This document shows, in pieces, positions 22,354-35,103 of a stretch of DNA of 64,000 bases. Below the pieces are notes generated by a model. That model was not told the origin of the DNA and ran no database searches. It was given only the letters and a program-made list of their open reading frames with translations. The stretch's first letter is position 1; the number at the start of each line of letters is the position of its first letter. The position numbers were made by a program, and so were the translations under genes. This stretch comes from Lachnospiraceae bacterium (GTDB taxonomy: Bacteria > Bacillota > Bacilli > Lactobacillales > Streptococcaceae): the NCBI GenBank assembly GCA_963635745.1, contig CAVHFY010000003.1:8850-72849 (forward strand). Direction: 5' to 3'.

Positions 22354-22968
22354 ATGTACAGTAGAAGTGAGCGTCACCAAAAGAAAAAACGTCTGCATCG
22401 TCACCAACACCAAACGTTACTAGCTATTGTATCTATGGGGTTAATGGTGGCCTTTACTAAAGTGTCTGTCAATACTGAAGCTGACGTCTTAAAAACTGCC
22501 TCGGTAAGTGTTGATTCAACTGCTCATTCAAGTTCATCAGAATCTGTAGCAGAGCCGGTTCCAGAAGTTACCCCGGCAGAAGAAGTAACAGTTGTTACAG
22601 AAGAACCTGTCGTTGAAGAAACAGAAACGGAACAGCCGATAGTAACTGATGACGTTTATACTGTCAATGGTGTCAGTCAAACGTCGGCAGCAGTGAGTGG
22701 CTATACACTAACAAATGGCAATACAGCAGGGGAAGTTGGAACTGGAGCAGCAGCGCAAATGGCGGCAGCGACAGGTGTTCCTCAGTCAACCTGGGAATAT
22801 ATTATTGCAAGAGAGTCTAATGGAAATGCTTCAGTAAGTAATGCTTCAGGTGCTTCAGGGTTATTTCAAACAATGCCAGGTTGGGGTTCAACTGCAACTG
22901 TACAAGACCAAGTGAACGCAGCCATTAATGCTTATAACAGCCAAGGATTATCTGCTTGGGGATTGTAA
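22354..22968 (+). CDS. IsaA-like transglycosylase (SLT domain) secreted protein
   Basis: [35 protein letters not shown]. Start ATG 22354 after GGAGG. Confidence 0.88.
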   Translation: MYSRSERHQKKKRLHRHQHQTLLAIVSMGLMVAFTKVSVNTEADVLKTASVSVDSTAHSSSSESVAEPVPEVTPAEEVTVVTEEPVVEETETEQPIVTDDVYTVNGVSQTSAAVSGYTLTNGNTAGEVGTGAAAQMAAATGVPQSTWEYIIARESNGNASVSNASGASGLFQTMPGWGSTATVQDQVNAAINAYNSQGLSAWGL

Positions 22969-23013
22969 TTAGGAAACATCTTCTATATGGAAGGTGTTTT
23001 TAATAGTCTAAAT

Positions 23014-23042
23014 TTGTCAAAGCCATGGAATAGTGTTATGAT
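23014..23042 (+). promoter_or_regulatory. sigma-A promoter of mnmA (long leader)
   Basis: TTGTCA-17 nt-TATGAT with extended TG. Confidence 0.7.
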
Positions 23043-23070
23043 AAAGCGTGCCTTGGTGCACTTTCAAACT

Positions 23071-23116
23071 CGACCTTCAAATCGTGTTTTGAAAAGAAAT
23101 ACGACCTTCAAATCGT
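23071..23116 (+). repeat. 15-bp direct repeat (2 copies, 31-bp period) in the mnmA leader
   Basis: CGACCTTCAAATCGT at 23071-23085 and 23102-23116. Confidence 0.9.
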
Positions 23117-23141
23117 TATTTCATCTGTCAAAGGATGTTGA

Positions 23142-24311
<1,170 letters not shown>

Positions 24312-24339
24312 ATTGACAAAACTGTAAAGAGGTAATGGT

Positions 24340-24948
24340 ATGTTAACGCATTTTTTGATGACTTTTATGGCATTCTTTGCTATCATGAATCCAATTGCTA
24401 ATTTGCCAACTTACATGGCATTGGTAGCTGATGATGATGAGAGGATTTCTAGGCAAATTGCTTTCAAGAGCCTGCTAATTGCTTTTGCCATTATTATCGT
24501 ATTTATAATCAGTGGCCATTTGATTTTTGAGGTTTTTGGGATCACCATTTCAGCCTTTCGAATTGCAGGGGGGTTATTGGTAGGTATTATTGGATTTCAT
24601 ATGATTAATGGTGTCCATTCACCAACCAATAAAAATTTGTCTTCCGTCAGTGATGATCCAACTTCGGTAGCTATTTCCCCACTGGCTATGCCACTTTTTG
24701 CGGGCCCTGGTACGATTGTTACGGCTATCAACCAATCTCAAGGGGGAGTTAGTCATCAAATCATCACGGTGATAGCCTTTTTGATTCTTTGTTTGATTAC
24801 TTATGTCATCCTTTGCTGTGCCAAGACGATATCTAAGGCATTAGGTAAAAACATGATGAATATCATTACGCGATTAATGGGGCTTATTTTAGCGACAATT
24901 GGGATTGATATGGTGTTGACAGGGATTAAAACAGTTTTGAATCTCTAA
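24340..24948 (+). CDS. MarC family membrane protein
   Basis: FAIMNP, FGITISAFRIAGG, PLAMPLFAGPGTI, RLMGLIL. Confidence 0.92.
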   Translation: MLTHFLMTFMAFFAIMNPIANLPTYMALVADDDERISRQIAFKSLLIAFAIIIVFIISGHLIFEVFGITISAFRIAGGLLVGIIGFHMINGVHSPTNKNLSSVSDDPTSVAISPLAMPLFAGPGTIVTAINQSQGGVSHQIITVIAFLILCLITYVILCCAKTISKALGKNMMNIITRLMGLILATIGIDMVLTGIKTVLNL

Positions 24949-25098
24949 ATGAGAAAGAGTTGACAGACAGCGATTTTTTGTTAAACTAGAGCTTAAGAAT
25001 ATGACAATAACAATGATGGTCAAAGCTCATTGAAATTGTAGGTCTTTTTGGCTTACTCTTTCAAGAGATTTGGCTGTTTTTGTGTTTAAGGAGATAAG

Positions 25099-26994
25099 AT
25101 GACACAAACTTTTACGGAAGACTATGATATTATCGTCATTGGTGCTGGTCACGCAGGTGTTGAAGCCAGTTTGGCAGCTAGTCGCATGGGGTGTAAGACG
25201 CTTTTAGCTACTATCAATCTAGAGATGCTTGCCTTTATGCCCTGCAATCCCTCAATTGGTGGTTCGGCAAAAGGTATTGTCGTCCGTGAAATCGATGCTT
25301 TGGGCGGTGAAATGGGTCGTAATATTGATAAGACTTATATTCAGATGAAAATGCTCAATACGGGGAAAGGACCTGCGGTCCGAGCTTTACGTGCACAAGC
25401 TGATAAGGCTCTGTATGCGCAGACAATGAAACAGACCGTTGAAAAACAAAAGAATTTAACCTTACGCCAGTCAATGATTGAAGAGATTTTAGTCAAAGAT
25501 GGGAAAGTTATAGGAGTTCGTACCGCTACAAATCAGCGTTTTTCAGCTAAGGCAGTCGTCGTCACGACAGGAACTGCTTTAAGGGGTGAGATTATTTTAG
25601 GTGATTTAAAATACTCATCAGGTCCTAATAATAGTCTTGCTTCTATTGGGCTAGCAGAAAATCTTAAAGAGTTGGGACTGGAAATTGGTCGTTTTAAAAC
25701 AGGTACTCCTCCCCGAGTGAAGGCTTCATCAATTGCTTATGAGGAAACAGAGATTCAACCAGGTGATAAGAGACCTAATCATTTTTCGTTTTTGTCCAAG
25801 GATGAAGATTACCTTGAAGATCAAGTTCCTTGTTGGTTGACTTATACCAATGAGGAAAGTCATGATATTATAAAAAATAATTTAGATCGTGCACCAATGT
25901 TTACAGGTATTGTAAAGGGAGTTGGCCCGCGATATTGCCCCTCTATAGAAGATAAAATTGTTCGTTTTTCTGATAAGAACCGTCACCAGCTTTTTCTGGA
26001 GCCTGAAGGGCGCCATACAGAAGAAGTCTACATTCAAGGCTTGTCAACTTCCTTACCGGAAGATGTTCAAAAAGACTTAATTCATTCCATTAAGGGACTA
26101 GAAAAAGCCGAAATGATGCGAACAGGCTATGCTATAGAATATGATATTGTTCTACCACACCAGCTACGAGCAACTCTAGAAACGAAAAAAATATCGGGTC
26201 TTTTTACAGCGGGTCAGACGAATGGAACATCAGGGTATGAAGAAGCTGCTGGCCAAGGCCTTATAGCAGGCATCAATGCTGCGCGTAAGGTCAAAGGAGA
26301 GCCAGAGCTCATCCTGGGTAGGAATGATGCTTATATCGGGGTCATGATTGATGACCTAGTCACAAAAGGGACTTTAGAGCCTTACCGTCTATTAACTAGT
26401 CGCGCAGAGTATCGGCTAATTTTGCGACATGACAATGCTGATTTACGTCTGACAGAAATTGGACGTCAGGTTGGATTGGTTGATGATGAGCGTTACAAAG
26501 TGTTTCAAATTCGTCAAGCTCAGATTGACAACGAGTTGACACGCTTAGCAAAAACTAAAATCAAGCCAACTCAGGAGGTTAATGAAAAAATCATATCTTA
26601 TGGTTTTAAACCCTTGACAGATGCTGTGACAGCCAAGGAGTTCTTACGCCGACCAGAAATTCATTACCAAGATGTTGTCAACTTTGTCGGTCCTGCTGCA
26701 GAGGATTTGGACAGTAAGGTTATTGAGTTGATTGAAACTGAAATCAAATACGAAGGGTATATCAATAAAGCTCTAGATCAGGTGGCTAAAATGAAGCGAA
26801 TGGAAGAAAAAAGAATTCCGTCGACCATAGATTGGGATGCTATTGATTCTATTGCAACAGAGGCACGTCAAAAATTTAAACAGATTAATCCAGAAACGAT
26901 AGGACAAGCGAGTCGTATCTCAGGGGTTAATCCTGCAGATATTTCCATTTTGATGGTCTATCTAGAAGGCTACAATAAAGCTCGTAAAGGCTAG
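25099..26994 (+). CDS. mnmG: tRNA uridine-5-carboxymethylaminomethyl(34) synthesis enzyme
   Basis: [48 protein letters not shown]. Confidence 0.99.
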   Translation: MTQTFTEDYDIIVIGAGHAGVEASLAASRMGCKTLLATINLEMLAFMPCNPSIGGSAKGIVVREIDALGGEMGRNIDKTYIQMKMLNTGKGPAVRALRAQADKALYAQTMKQTVEKQKNLTLRQSMIEEILVKDGKVIGVRTATNQRFSAKAVVVTTGTALRGEIILGDLKYSSGPNNSLASIGLAENLKELGLEIGRFKTGTPPRVKASSIAYEETEIQPGDKRPNHFSFLSKDEDYLEDQVPCWLTYTNEESHDIIKNNLDRAPMFTGIVKGVGPRYCPSIEDKIVRFSDKNRHQLFLEPEGRHTEEVYIQGLSTSLPEDVQKDLIHSIKGLEKAEMMRTGYAIEYDIVLPHQLRATLETKKISGLFTAGQTNGTSGYEEAAGQGLIAGINAARKVKGEPELILGRNDAYIGVMIDDLVTKGTLEPYRLLTSRAEYRLILRHDNADLRLTEIGRQVGLVDDERYKVFQIRQAQIDNELTRLAKTKIKPTQEVNEKIISYGFKPLTDAVTAKEFLRRPEIHYQDVVNFVGPAAEDLDSKVIELIETEIKYEGYINKALDQVAKMKRMEEKRIPSTIDWDAIDSIATEARQKFKQINPETIGQASRISGVNPADISILMVYLEGYNKARKG

Positions 26995-27061
26995 AGAAAA
27001 CAGGAAAGTCCTATGCTTTTAGGGCTTTTTATGGTATAATCTGCAGGCAGAGGTTTTATAT

Positions 27062-29056
27062 ATGAGAAAAATTCAGTTTACAGCATTTCAGACCTTGTTG
27101 CTGGCATTAATCTTTTTTGGCTTATTAGCTTTAGTGTTACAACTTTCGAACTCTAGGGCCTTACAGTTGCTCTGTGTTTTTTTGGTTTTAATTGCCATGG
27201 TAGCTCTTAACTATTACCAAGGGTTGGACAGAGAGTTGACAAGGGAGCAATTGTCGGAAACGAAAGTGAGGCAAGAACCCGTAGTCGATAAAAAACAAGC
27301 AGATGATCTGGTGTCTCTTTTAGATAAGATGCCAGTCGGTGTTATTCATTTTGAACCTAATACTGGTCATATCGTATGGTATAATCCTTACGCTGAACTT
27401 GTTTTTTCTACGGAGGATGGTTTTTTCAATAGCGATCTTGTCAAACAAGTACTAGCCGAACAAAATGACGGCAATAAAAACCATAGACTGTTTATTGATG
27501 ACAGGAAGTACACTTCCTACCTTGACGACAGTAGTGGGATGTTTTATTTTTTTGATGCGGCTATAGAAACAACAGATAGTCTATCTAATTTGGATATGAA
27601 ACCAGTTATCGGTGTTATTTCGGTAGATAACTACGATGATGCTTTGGATGGACGTTCGGACTTAGATGTTACCAGTTTAAACAGTATTATTGTGAGTGCA
27701 ATATCTGAGTTTACAAAACGCTATCACATTTTTTATAGGCGTATTGACACGGATCGTTTTTATTTCTTTACAAACTATGCTGTCCTCAGAAAATTAATTG
27801 AGCAGAAGTTTCCAGTTTTAGAAGAATTCAAGCGGATTACACAAGAAAATCATTTGCCCTTAACGTTAAGCATGGGGATTGCCTATGGGGAATCTCATTT
27901 TGATAATATTGGTCAAGTGGCTCTACAAAATCTTAATTTTGCATTGGTTCGTGGTGGTGATCAAGCTATTGTCAAAGAAGATGTGGAATTTGCTGAAGCT
28001 CAATATTTTGGTGGGGGATCAGCCTCAACCATCAAACGTTCACGGACACGGACACGCGCCATGATGACGGCAATTTCTGATAAGATTCGGTCGAGTGATC
28101 GTGTTTTTGTAGTTGGTCATCGCAATATTGATATGGATGCACTTGGGGCGTCTGTAGGGATGCAGTTGTTTGCTAGTAATGTTATTGATAATGCCTACGT
28201 CGTTTACGATGATAGTCAGATGAGCCCAGATATTGTTCGTGCCATGCTTCGATTGCGTGAAGATGAGAAAACACAAATGTTGACGTTAGGGCAGGCTAGT
28301 TTAGAAATTACGCCAAACTCATTATTGATTATGGTTGATCATTCTAAAATTAGTCTGACCTTGTCAAAAGACTTTTATCAACAATTCTCTGAAGTTGTTG
28401 TCATTGACCACCACCGTAGGGACGAGGATTTCCCTGAAAATGCGGCTATCTCATTCATTGAAAGTGGCGCCAGCTCAGCGAGTGAATTGGTGACAGAGTT
28501 ACTTCAATTTCAAAATGGAAGTAACAGTCTAAGTCGTATGCAGGCTAGTATTTTAATGGCAGGTATCATGTTGGATACGAAGAACTTTACTAGTAGCGTG
28601 ACGAGTCGAACATTTGATGTTGCCAGTTATTTACGTTCGAAGGGTAGTGACAGTACGATTATTCAACGCATTTTGGCTGTTGATTATGAGGAATATCGAC
28701 AAGTTAATGAGCTCATATTAGCTGGTAATAAAATTTTACCTGATGTAGTAGTTGCAACTGGGGCGCAAGATACAATTTACACGAATGTTTTGGCAAGTAA
28801 GGCAGCTGATACGATTCTAGCAATGAATGGTATTTCGGCTGCATTTGTGGTAGTTCGCCTGCCAGATCATCGTGTGGCAGTCTCTGCACGGAGTCAAGGT
28901 GACATTAACGTGCAACGGATTATGGAACGTATGGGTGGTGGAGGTCACTTTAACCTAGCTGCCTGTCAGGTAACTGATAAAACAGTTGTTGAAGTGTCAA
29001 ACGAGTTGATTGCATTAATCAAAGAAAATTTAACTACAGAGGAAGGAAGTAACTAA
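27062..29056 (+). CDS. gdpP: c-di-AMP phosphodiesterase (TM-PAS-degenerate GGDEF-DHH-DHHA1)
   Basis: RGGDQ, DMDALG, VDH, IDHH, GGGGH; upstream of rplI-dnaB. Confidence 0.96.
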   Translation: MRKIQFTAFQTLLLALIFFGLLALVLQLSNSRALQLLCVFLVLIAMVALNYYQGLDRELTREQLSETKVRQEPVVDKKQADDLVSLLDKMPVGVIHFEPNTGHIVWYNPYAELVFSTEDGFFNSDLVKQVLAEQNDGNKNHRLFIDDRKYTSYLDDSSGMFYFFDAAIETTDSLSNLDMKPVIGVISVDNYDDALDGRSDLDVTSLNSIIVSAISEFTKRYHIFYRRIDTDRFYFFTNYAVLRKLIEQKFPVLEEFKRITQENHLPLTLSMGIAYGESHFDNIGQVALQNLNFALVRGGDQAIVKEDVEFAEAQYFGGGSASTIKRSRTRTRAMMTAISDKIRSSDRVFVVGHRNIDMDALGASVGMQLFASNVIDNAYVVYDDSQMSPDIVRAMLRLREDEKTQMLTLGQASLEITPNSLLIMVDHSKISLTLSKDFYQQFSEVVVIDHHRRDEDFPENAAISFIESGASSASELVTELLQFQNGSNSLSRMQASILMAGIMLDTKNFTSSVTSRTFDVASYLRSKGSDSTIIQRILAVDYEEYRQVNELILAGNKILPDVVVATGAQDTIYTNVLASKAADTILAMNGISAAFVVVRLPDHRVAVSARSQGDINVQRIMERMGGGGHFNLAACQVTDKTVVEVSNELIALIKENLTTEEGSN

Positions 29057-29508
29057 TGAAGGTCATTTTTTTACAAGATGTCAAGGGTAAAGGGAAAAAA
29101 GGGGAAATTAAAGAAGTTCCTACTGGCTATGCCCAAAATTTTCTCCTGAAAAAAAACTTGGCTAAGGAAGCAACAAGTCAGGCCGTCAATGAACTAAAAG
29201 GTAAGCAAAAGTCAGAAGAAAAAGCTCAGGCAGCACTTTTGGCTGAAGCTCAAACACTAAAGACCGTTTTAGAAGATGATAAAACTGTTGTGAGATTTAC
29301 TGAAAAAGTAGGTCCAGATGGTAGAACTTTCGGTTCGATTACAGCTAAAAAAATTGCAGATGAGCTGCAAAAACAATTTAATATTAAGGTCGATAAGCGT
29401 CACATCATTCTGGATCACCAGATTCGTGCTGTAGGAAGCGTGGAAGTACCAGTGAAATTGCATAAGGAAGTTCAAGCGACTATTTCACTTTATATTAATC
29501 AAGCCTAA
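29056..29508 (+). CDS. rplI: 50S ribosomal protein L9
   Basis: [29 protein letters not shown]. Confidence 0.98.
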   Translation: MKVIFLQDVKGKGKKGEIKEVPTGYAQNFLLKKNLAKEATSQAVNELKGKQKSEEKAQAALLAEAQTLKTVLEDDKTVVRFTEKVGPDGRTFGSITAKKIADELQKQFNIKVDKRHIILDHQIRAVGSVEVPVKLHKEVQATISLYINQA

Positions 29509-29519
29509 GAGGGTTAGTC

Positions 29520-30890
29520 ATGCCAGAATCACAAGAATTACGATTGCCTCCCAAAGATGAGTTAGCTGAAGCCGCTGTCTTGGGGGCTGTCTTTATTTCT
29601 CCTGATAAGCTTATCGACATTCGAGAGTTTGTCGAGCCAGAAGATTTTTATAAATATGCGAACCGTGTGATTTTTAAGGCTATGGTTGATTTGGGTGACG
29701 CACGTGAAGCTATTGATGTCACCACGGTGCGCAGTCTCTTGGACAATCAAGGAGATCTTGCAAACATTGGTGGTATCAGCTACTTAGCTGATTTAGTTGA
29801 AAGTGTGCCTCATTCTGCTAATGCTGAGTACTATGCTAAGATTGTTGCCGAGAAAGCTATGCTTCGTAAGGTTATCCAAAGCTTAACAGATCGTGTTCAG
29901 GAAGCTTACGAAGGCAGTCGGTCATCAGATGAGATTATAGCGGCAGCAGAAAAATCTTTAATTGATGTCAGTGAACATAGCAATCGCAGTGGTTTTCGTA
30001 AAATTTCGGATGTTTTACGCATTAATTTTGAAGAGTTAGAGGAGAGGGCTAGACAGACGTCTGATGTAACTGGTATTTCTACCGGTTATCAGGCACTTGA
30101 TCAAATGACGACTGGTCTCCATGAGGAAGAATTGATTATTTTAGCAGCTCGTCCAGCTGTGGGGAAGACAGCTTTTGCCTTAAATATTGCTCAAAATGTT
30201 GGGACAAAAAGTCAAAAACCAGTTGCTATTTTTTCTCTAGAAATGGGAGCAGAAAGTCTAGTTAATCGTCTGATGGCATCTGAAGGAATGATTGATGCCC
30301 ATAATATGCGAACAGGACACTTAACAGATGAAGAATGGAATTCTTACATGATTGCTCAAGGGACCTTGGCCAGAGCTCCAATTTACATAGATGATACTGC
30401 GGGTATTAGAATTACTGAAATACGGGCACGGTCACGTCGGTTAGCACAAGAAATGGCAGACCAGGGAGGCCTGGGGCTCATTGTGATTGATTATCTGCAA
30501 TTGATTCAAGGAACTGGTCGTGAGAACCGACAACAGGAAGTTTCTGAGATTTCTCGTCAATTAAAAATTTTAGCCAAAGACTTAAAAGTTCCAGTTATTG
30601 CTTTAAGTCAATTGTCACGTGGTGTTGAACAACGTCAAGATAAACGACCAGTTCTATCTGATATTCGCGAATCTGGATCAATTGAGCAAGATGCAGACAT
30701 TGTTGCCTTTCTTTACCGAGATGATTACTATGACCGAGAGGATGGAGAGCAACATCAAGACGATGGGTTTGTAGACAATACCGTCGAAGTCATTATCGAA
30801 AAAAACAGGAGCGGAGCGCGAGGCACCGTCAAATTACTATTTCAAAAAGAATATAATAAATTTTCAAGTATCTCAATGCGAGAAGAATAG
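29520..30890 (+). CDS. dnaB: Replicative DNA helicase
   Basis: AARPAVGKT, FSLEM, IDYLQL, LSQLSR, DIRESGSIEQDAD. Confidence 0.98.
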   Translation: MPESQELRLPPKDELAEAAVLGAVFISPDKLIDIREFVEPEDFYKYANRVIFKAMVDLGDAREAIDVTTVRSLLDNQGDLANIGGISYLADLVESVPHSANAEYYAKIVAEKAMLRKVIQSLTDRVQEAYEGSRSSDEIIAAAEKSLIDVSEHSNRSGFRKISDVLRINFEELEERARQTSDVTGISTGYQALDQMTTGLHEEELIILAARPAVGKTAFALNIAQNVGTKSQKPVAIFSLEMGAESLVNRLMASEGMIDAHNMRTGHLTDEEWNSYMIAQGTLARAPIYIDDTAGIRITEIRARSRRLAQEMADQGGLGLIVIDYLQLIQGTGRENRQQEVSEISRQLKILAKDLKVPVIALSQLSRGVEQRQDKRPVLSDIRESGSIEQDADIVAFLYRDDYYDREDGEQHQDDGFVDNTVEVIIEKNRSGARGTVKLLFQKEYNKFSSISMREE

Positions 30891-30900
30891 GGAGACATAA

Positions 30901-31173
30901 ATGAGTGATGTATTTGCAGATGTTGCAAAAATGAAAAAAATTAAAGATGATATCAAGGCCCATGAAGGTCAAGAGGTTGAGCTAACATTGGAAAATGGGC
31001 GTAAACGTCAACGCAACAAAATCGGAAAACTAATTGAGGTTTACCCTTCTTTGTTTATTGTAGAGTTTAATGACCATGTTGGAAAAGATGGCCTGGCGCA
31101 GTCGTCTTATGTGGAATCATTCACCTACTCAGATATTTTGACTGAAAAGACTCTCATTCATTACTTTGACTAA
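30901..31173 (+). CDS. veg: Veg family protein
   Basis: NGRKR..GKLIEVYPSLFIVE..SFTYSDILT. Confidence 0.9.
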   Translation: MSDVFADVAKMKKIKDDIKAHEGQEVELTLENGRKRQRNKIGKLIEVYPSLFIVEFNDHVGKDGLAQSSYVESFTYSDILTEKTLIHYFD

Positions 31174-31210
31174 AAGTCTTTACAGCACTAAACTTTAATG
31201 ATACAATAGA

Positions 31211-31364
31211 CCTCGTGTGAAATATCAGCAGGAACATATGGAGCTCGTCAACAGGGTATTATTTCTAAAAGTAACCTTTGCTGTTTAGGCGAAAATACTC
31301 TGCACGAACTAGGATGTTCTAAGTGACTATTTTCCACCCATATTATTTTTAGGAGGACATTTAA
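31211..31364 (+). promoter_or_regulatory. rpsD 5' leader (probable S4 autoregulatory RNA)
   Basis: About 150-nt untranslated leader after TGaTACAAT (31199-31207), with a CGTG...CACG enclosing stem. Firmicute rpsD genes carry S4-binding leaders. Confidence 0.55.
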
Positions 31365-31976
31365 ATGTCACGTTATACTGGACCATCATGGAAACAATCT
31401 CGCCGTTTGGGACTTTCCCTTACTGGAACAGGTAAGGAACTCGCTCGTCGTAACTATGTGCCAGGTCAACATGGACCAAACAACCGTAGCAAACTTTCTG
31501 AATACGGTTTGCAGTTGGCTGAAAAACAAAAATTACGTTTCACTTACGGATTGGGTGAAAAACAATTCCGTAACTTGTTTGTTCAAGCAACTAAGGTTAA
31601 AGGTGGAACACTCGGTTTCAACTTTATGGTTCTTTTGGAACAACGTTTGGATAATGTTGTGTATCGTCTAGGTTTGGCGACAACTCGCCGCCAAGCACGT
31701 CAATTTGTAAACCACGGACACATTCTTGTTGATGGAAAACGTGTTGATATCCCATCATTCCGCGTTGAAGTTGGTCAAGTCATCTCAGTTCGTGAAAAAT
31801 CAGCTAAAGTACCAGCAATTCTTGAAGCAGTTGAAGCTATCGTTGGACGTCCAGCATTTGTTTCTTTTGATGCAGAAAAACTTGAAGGTTCATTGACGCG
31901 TTTACCAGAACGTGATGAAATCAATCCAGAAATCAATGAAGCTCTTATCGTTGAATACTACAACAAAATGCTCTAA
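31365..31976 (+). CDS. rpsD: 30S ribosomal protein S4
   Basis: [35 protein letters not shown]. Confidence 0.99.
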   Translation: MSRYTGPSWKQSRRLGLSLTGTGKELARRNYVPGQHGPNNRSKLSEYGLQLAEKQKLRFTYGLGEKQFRNLFVQATKVKGGTLGFNFMVLLEQRLDNVVYRLGLATTRRQARQFVNHGHILVDGKRVDIPSFRVEVGQVISVREKSAKVPAILEAVEAIVGRPAFVSFDAEKLEGSLTRLPERDEINPEINEALIVEYYNKML

Positions 31977-31986
31977 GATTTCTCTT

Positions 31987-32019
31987 AAAAAGCTTTGGAC
32001 AATGGTCCAAAGCTTTTTT
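31987..32019. terminator. Bidirectional terminator rpsD/TetR
   Basis: AAAAAGCTTTGGAC-aatg-GTCCAAAGCTTTTTT. Confidence 0.85.
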
Positions 32020-32020
32020 G

Positions 32021-32563
32021 TTATAGTCCAATCATGATATGGCTTAAAATGTAATCTGTCATATCTGTTGAATTTTCTTTTTTTCCTTGAGCTACCCAAG
32101 TTTGGTAAATACCAAAAAAAGCATGTGAGAGATAGGTTGAAGTATAAGTGTTCTCAATAGGGGCCGTTGGTTTAGTTGACAACTGTTGTAAACGTTTATC
32201 AATGAACAATTTCAACTTGTTACGCAGAAAAACGTGCATTTCATGTGACCCGTTTTCTAAAATAAGGGCAGCGAATAGCTGGTCTTGACTCAGAAAATCA
32301 AAGATCTTAATTAAGGCCTGACGAAAATTATCAACTTTAGTCTCTCGTAATAATTCTTCTAAGTAGTTAAAACGCTCTTCTTGATAAGATTGAATCATAT
32401 CATACTTATCCTGATAATGGAGGTAAAATCCTTGACGTGTTAAACCAGCTGCTTTAGCGAGTTCAGTGGTAGTAATAGCATTGAAATCCTTTTGGGCAAG
32501 CAATTCGACCATTGCCGATTCGATAGCTTGTTTTGTTTTTATAGACCTTGCATTGTATTTCAT
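32021..32563 (-). CDS. TetR/AcrR family regulator
   Basis: HTH ITTTELAKAAGLTRQGFYLHYQDKYD; divergent from the pip-like gene. Confidence 0.93.
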   Translation of the reverse strand: MKYNARSIKTKQAIESAMVELLAQKDFNAITTTELAKAAGLTRQGFYLHYQDKYDMIQSYQEERFNYLEELLRETKVDNFRQALIKIFDFLSQDQLFAALILENGSHEMHVFLRNKLKLFIDKRLQQLSTKPTAPIENTYTSTYLSHAFFGIYQTWVAQGKKENSTDMTDYILSHIMIGL

Positions 32564-32707
32564 GAGCTAGTATTTCTCCTTTACACATTGTTAAATTCTG
32601 TCAAATTTTGAAAGTGAGAACTTGTTTTGAACTTAAATTTTACTATAATAGTATAATAGTATGTATTATTAATTATAACAAGAATTTATCAAAGAAGGAA
32701 CTCAATT

Positions 32708-35047
32708 ATGATTGAAGAACTCAAGGTTATTTTGAAAAAACCGATGCTATGGATAACCATGCTAGGGATTGCTTTAGTCCCAACAATATATAATGTTTTA
32801 TTCTTAGGTTCTTTGTGGAATCCTTATGGAAATATCAAGAATCTACCTGTAGCCATTGTCAATGAGGATAAATCAATTACTACAGAAGGAAAAACGTTTG
32901 CTATCGGGGCTAATATGGTCTCCAATATGAAACAATCAAAGGCCTTAGATTATCATTTTGTTTCTGAGAAAGATGCCCAAAAAGGTTTGTCAGAAGGTAG
33001 TTACTATATGGTGGTCACCCTACCAAAGAATTTGTCTCAAAATGCTAGTAGTTTGATGACGGCTAAACCGAAAACTTTGACAATTAAATACCAAACCTCG
33101 CAGGGGCATAGCTTTACGGCATCAAAAATGGTAGATTCAGCGATGACACGACTAAAGGAAAATGTAGCTAAAAATGTGACAGAGTCATATACTAGCGCTG
33201 TTTTTATGAGTATGTCGCAATTACAAACGGGACTCACAACCTTATCAAATGGAATGACTACTTTAAACCAAGGGTTACAAGTAGCGCAATCAGGTAGTCA
33301 AACGTTATCTAGTAATTTAGGAACCTTGGCTAATGGAGGTGTAACGTTATCCGATGGATTGTCAACTTTAGCCACAGGTCTAGGCACTTATACGTCGGGA
33401 GTTGGGACTGCAGCCAATGGGTCTTCAACCCTAGCTACAGGTATTGGGCAGTACACATCTGGAGTTTCTTCAGTCGCAAATGGTGCAGCGCAATTAAATC
33501 AAAATTCTGCAGCGTTGACATCAGGTTTATCTAGTCTATCAAGTAATCTGTCAACTTTGGCTTCAGCGACAAGCCTAACGGATGAACAAAGTCAACAGAT
33601 CAATAGTCTAATTGCTGCTCTACCTAGCTTAAATGATAACATTCAGGCGTTAAATACGAGCCTGTCTTCTACTGCAAGTGGTGATATATCTGCCTATCTG
33701 GCAGACATTCAAACTCAAGCAACAACTATTGCAACTGCCGCAGCAACGGATAAAGCAAATTATTTAGCTGCCATGCAGGGCACGACGACTTATCAGAATT
33801 TAACGGCAGAACAGCAGACTGAATTGACGCAATCCTTGTCTAATACACCTTCAAGTGTAGAATCACAAGCTAATGCTATCTTGACAGATGTCTCAACCAT
33901 CTCTGTGGCGTTGACTAATTACCAGGCTGCCCTAACTCAGGTACAATCTGGGGTAAGTGCCATTGCAACTGCTTCAAATTCGGCTTTACCGGGTGCAAGT
34001 ACAGCCTTGACAACCTTGTCGAGTGGCTTATCTCAGGCACATGCTGCTAGTCAAGCACTGAGTGCAGGTAGTCAAACACTCTCAAATGGACTTAATACCT
34101 ATACATCTGGTGTTGCAAGCTTATCAAGTGGAGCTAATCAATTGCAGGCTTCAAATACTACCTTGCTTGCTGGTGCGCAGTCTCTTTCTTCTGGCTTATC
34201 AACGTTATCTGCTAACTCAGGTCAACTAAATTCAGGGGTTGGGAACTTAGTCTCTGGTGCTCAACAACTGAGTTCAGGTGCTAATAAATTGGCTACAGGA
34301 GGTCAGACCTTATCTACTGGTTTATCAAGTTTGACTGATGGTTCCGATCAAATTAATTCGGCTCTAAGTAAGGCAGCTAGACAAATTAGTTTAGTTTCCG
34401 TTAAAGACAGTAATGCTAAGGCTATTGCCAATCCAGTTAAGACACAACATAGCGATAAGGATAAGGTTGCTACCAACGGTGTCGGAATGGCTCCTTACAT
34501 GATGTCAGTTGCACTCATGGTTGCAGCCCTATCTACCAATATGATTTTCAGTAGTTTACCGTCTGGTAAGGTTGTAAGGACACGTCGAGAGTGGTTGTCC
34601 CATCGCTTGGCTGTAAACGGCGTTATCGCTGTGATTGCGCCTACGGTACTTTATTTTGCTGTCAGAATGCTAGGCATGATACCAAATCACGCTGCACTCA
34701 CCTATCTCGTGACAGTTTTAGCCAGCTTAGTTTTCATGGCTCTGGTAACGGCGCTTATTTCATGGAATAACCGTATCGGTGCTTTTATCGCCTTGATACT
34801 ACTTGTTTTACAGTTAGCTTCTAGCGGGGGCACCTACCCAATCATCTTGTCAAATGGTTTTTATCAAGCCATTAGTCCATACATGCCAATGACTTATTCA
34901 GTTGCTGCACTGCGGCAAACCATTTCTATGGGAGGACAAGTTAGTCAAGAAATTATCCTCTTACTCATCTATTTGATCGTATTTATTGCTCTAGGTGCAG
35001 GTATCAGTGTGCGTAAGAATAAGGAAATTCTTCCAGAAAATGTCTAA
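32708..35047 (+). CDS. YhgE/Pip family membrane protein
   Basis: N-terminal LWNPY..LPVAIVNED, x-x-x-L-x-x-G heptad repeats, NGVGMAPY, SSGGTYP, C-terminal TM bundle. Confidence 0.93.
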   Translation: MIEELKVILKKPMLWITMLGIALVPTIYNVLFLGSLWNPYGNIKNLPVAIVNEDKSITTEGKTFAIGANMVSNMKQSKALDYHFVSEKDAQKGLSEGSYYMVVTLPKNLSQNASSLMTAKPKTLTIKYQTSQGHSFTASKMVDSAMTRLKENVAKNVTESYTSAVFMSMSQLQTGLTTLSNGMTTLNQGLQVAQSGSQTLSSNLGTLANGGVTLSDGLSTLATGLGTYTSGVGTAANGSSTLATGIGQYTSGVSSVANGAAQLNQNSAALTSGLSSLSSNLSTLASATSLTDEQSQQINSLIAALPSLNDNIQALNTSLSSTASGDISAYLADIQTQATTIATAAATDKANYLAAMQGTTTYQNLTAEQQTELTQSLSNTPSSVESQANAILTDVSTISVALTNYQAALTQVQSGVSAIATASNSALPGASTALTTLSSGLSQAHAASQALSAGSQTLSNGLNTYTSGVASLSSGANQLQASNTTLLAGAQSLSSGLSTLSANSGQLNSGVGNLVSGAQQLSSGANKLATGGQTLSTGLSSLTDGSDQINSALSKAARQISLVSVKDSNAKAIANPVKTQHSDKDKVATNGVGMAPYMMSVALMVAALSTNMIFSSLPSGKVVRTRREWLSHRLAVNGVIAVIAPTVLYFAVRMLGMIPNHAALTYLVTVLASLVFMALVTALISWNNRIGAFIALILLVLQLASSGGTYPIILSNGFYQAISPYMPMTYSVAALRQTISMGGQVSQEIILLLIYLIVFIALGAGISVRKNKEILPENV

Positions 35048-35078
35048 TATCAGAGATAGTAGATTCAAATAGTAACAA

Positions 35079-35103
35079 AAAAGGTCCCATAAGGGACCTT
35101 TTT
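35079..35103. terminator. Bidirectional terminator
   Basis: AAAAGGTCCC-ataa-GGGACCTTTTT. Confidence 0.8.

Noticed and set aside
23071..23116. Direct repeat considered as a mini-CRISPR or att site
   Set aside because: Only two 15-bp copies with a 16-bp spacer, and no cas or integrase genes. It is better explained as RNA hairpin loops.
33240..34380. Quasi-repetitive Ser/Gly/Leu-rich DNA in the pip-like gene
   Set aside because: These are the normal protein-level heptad repeats of the YhgE/Pip family, not a CRISPR array or DNA tandem repeat.
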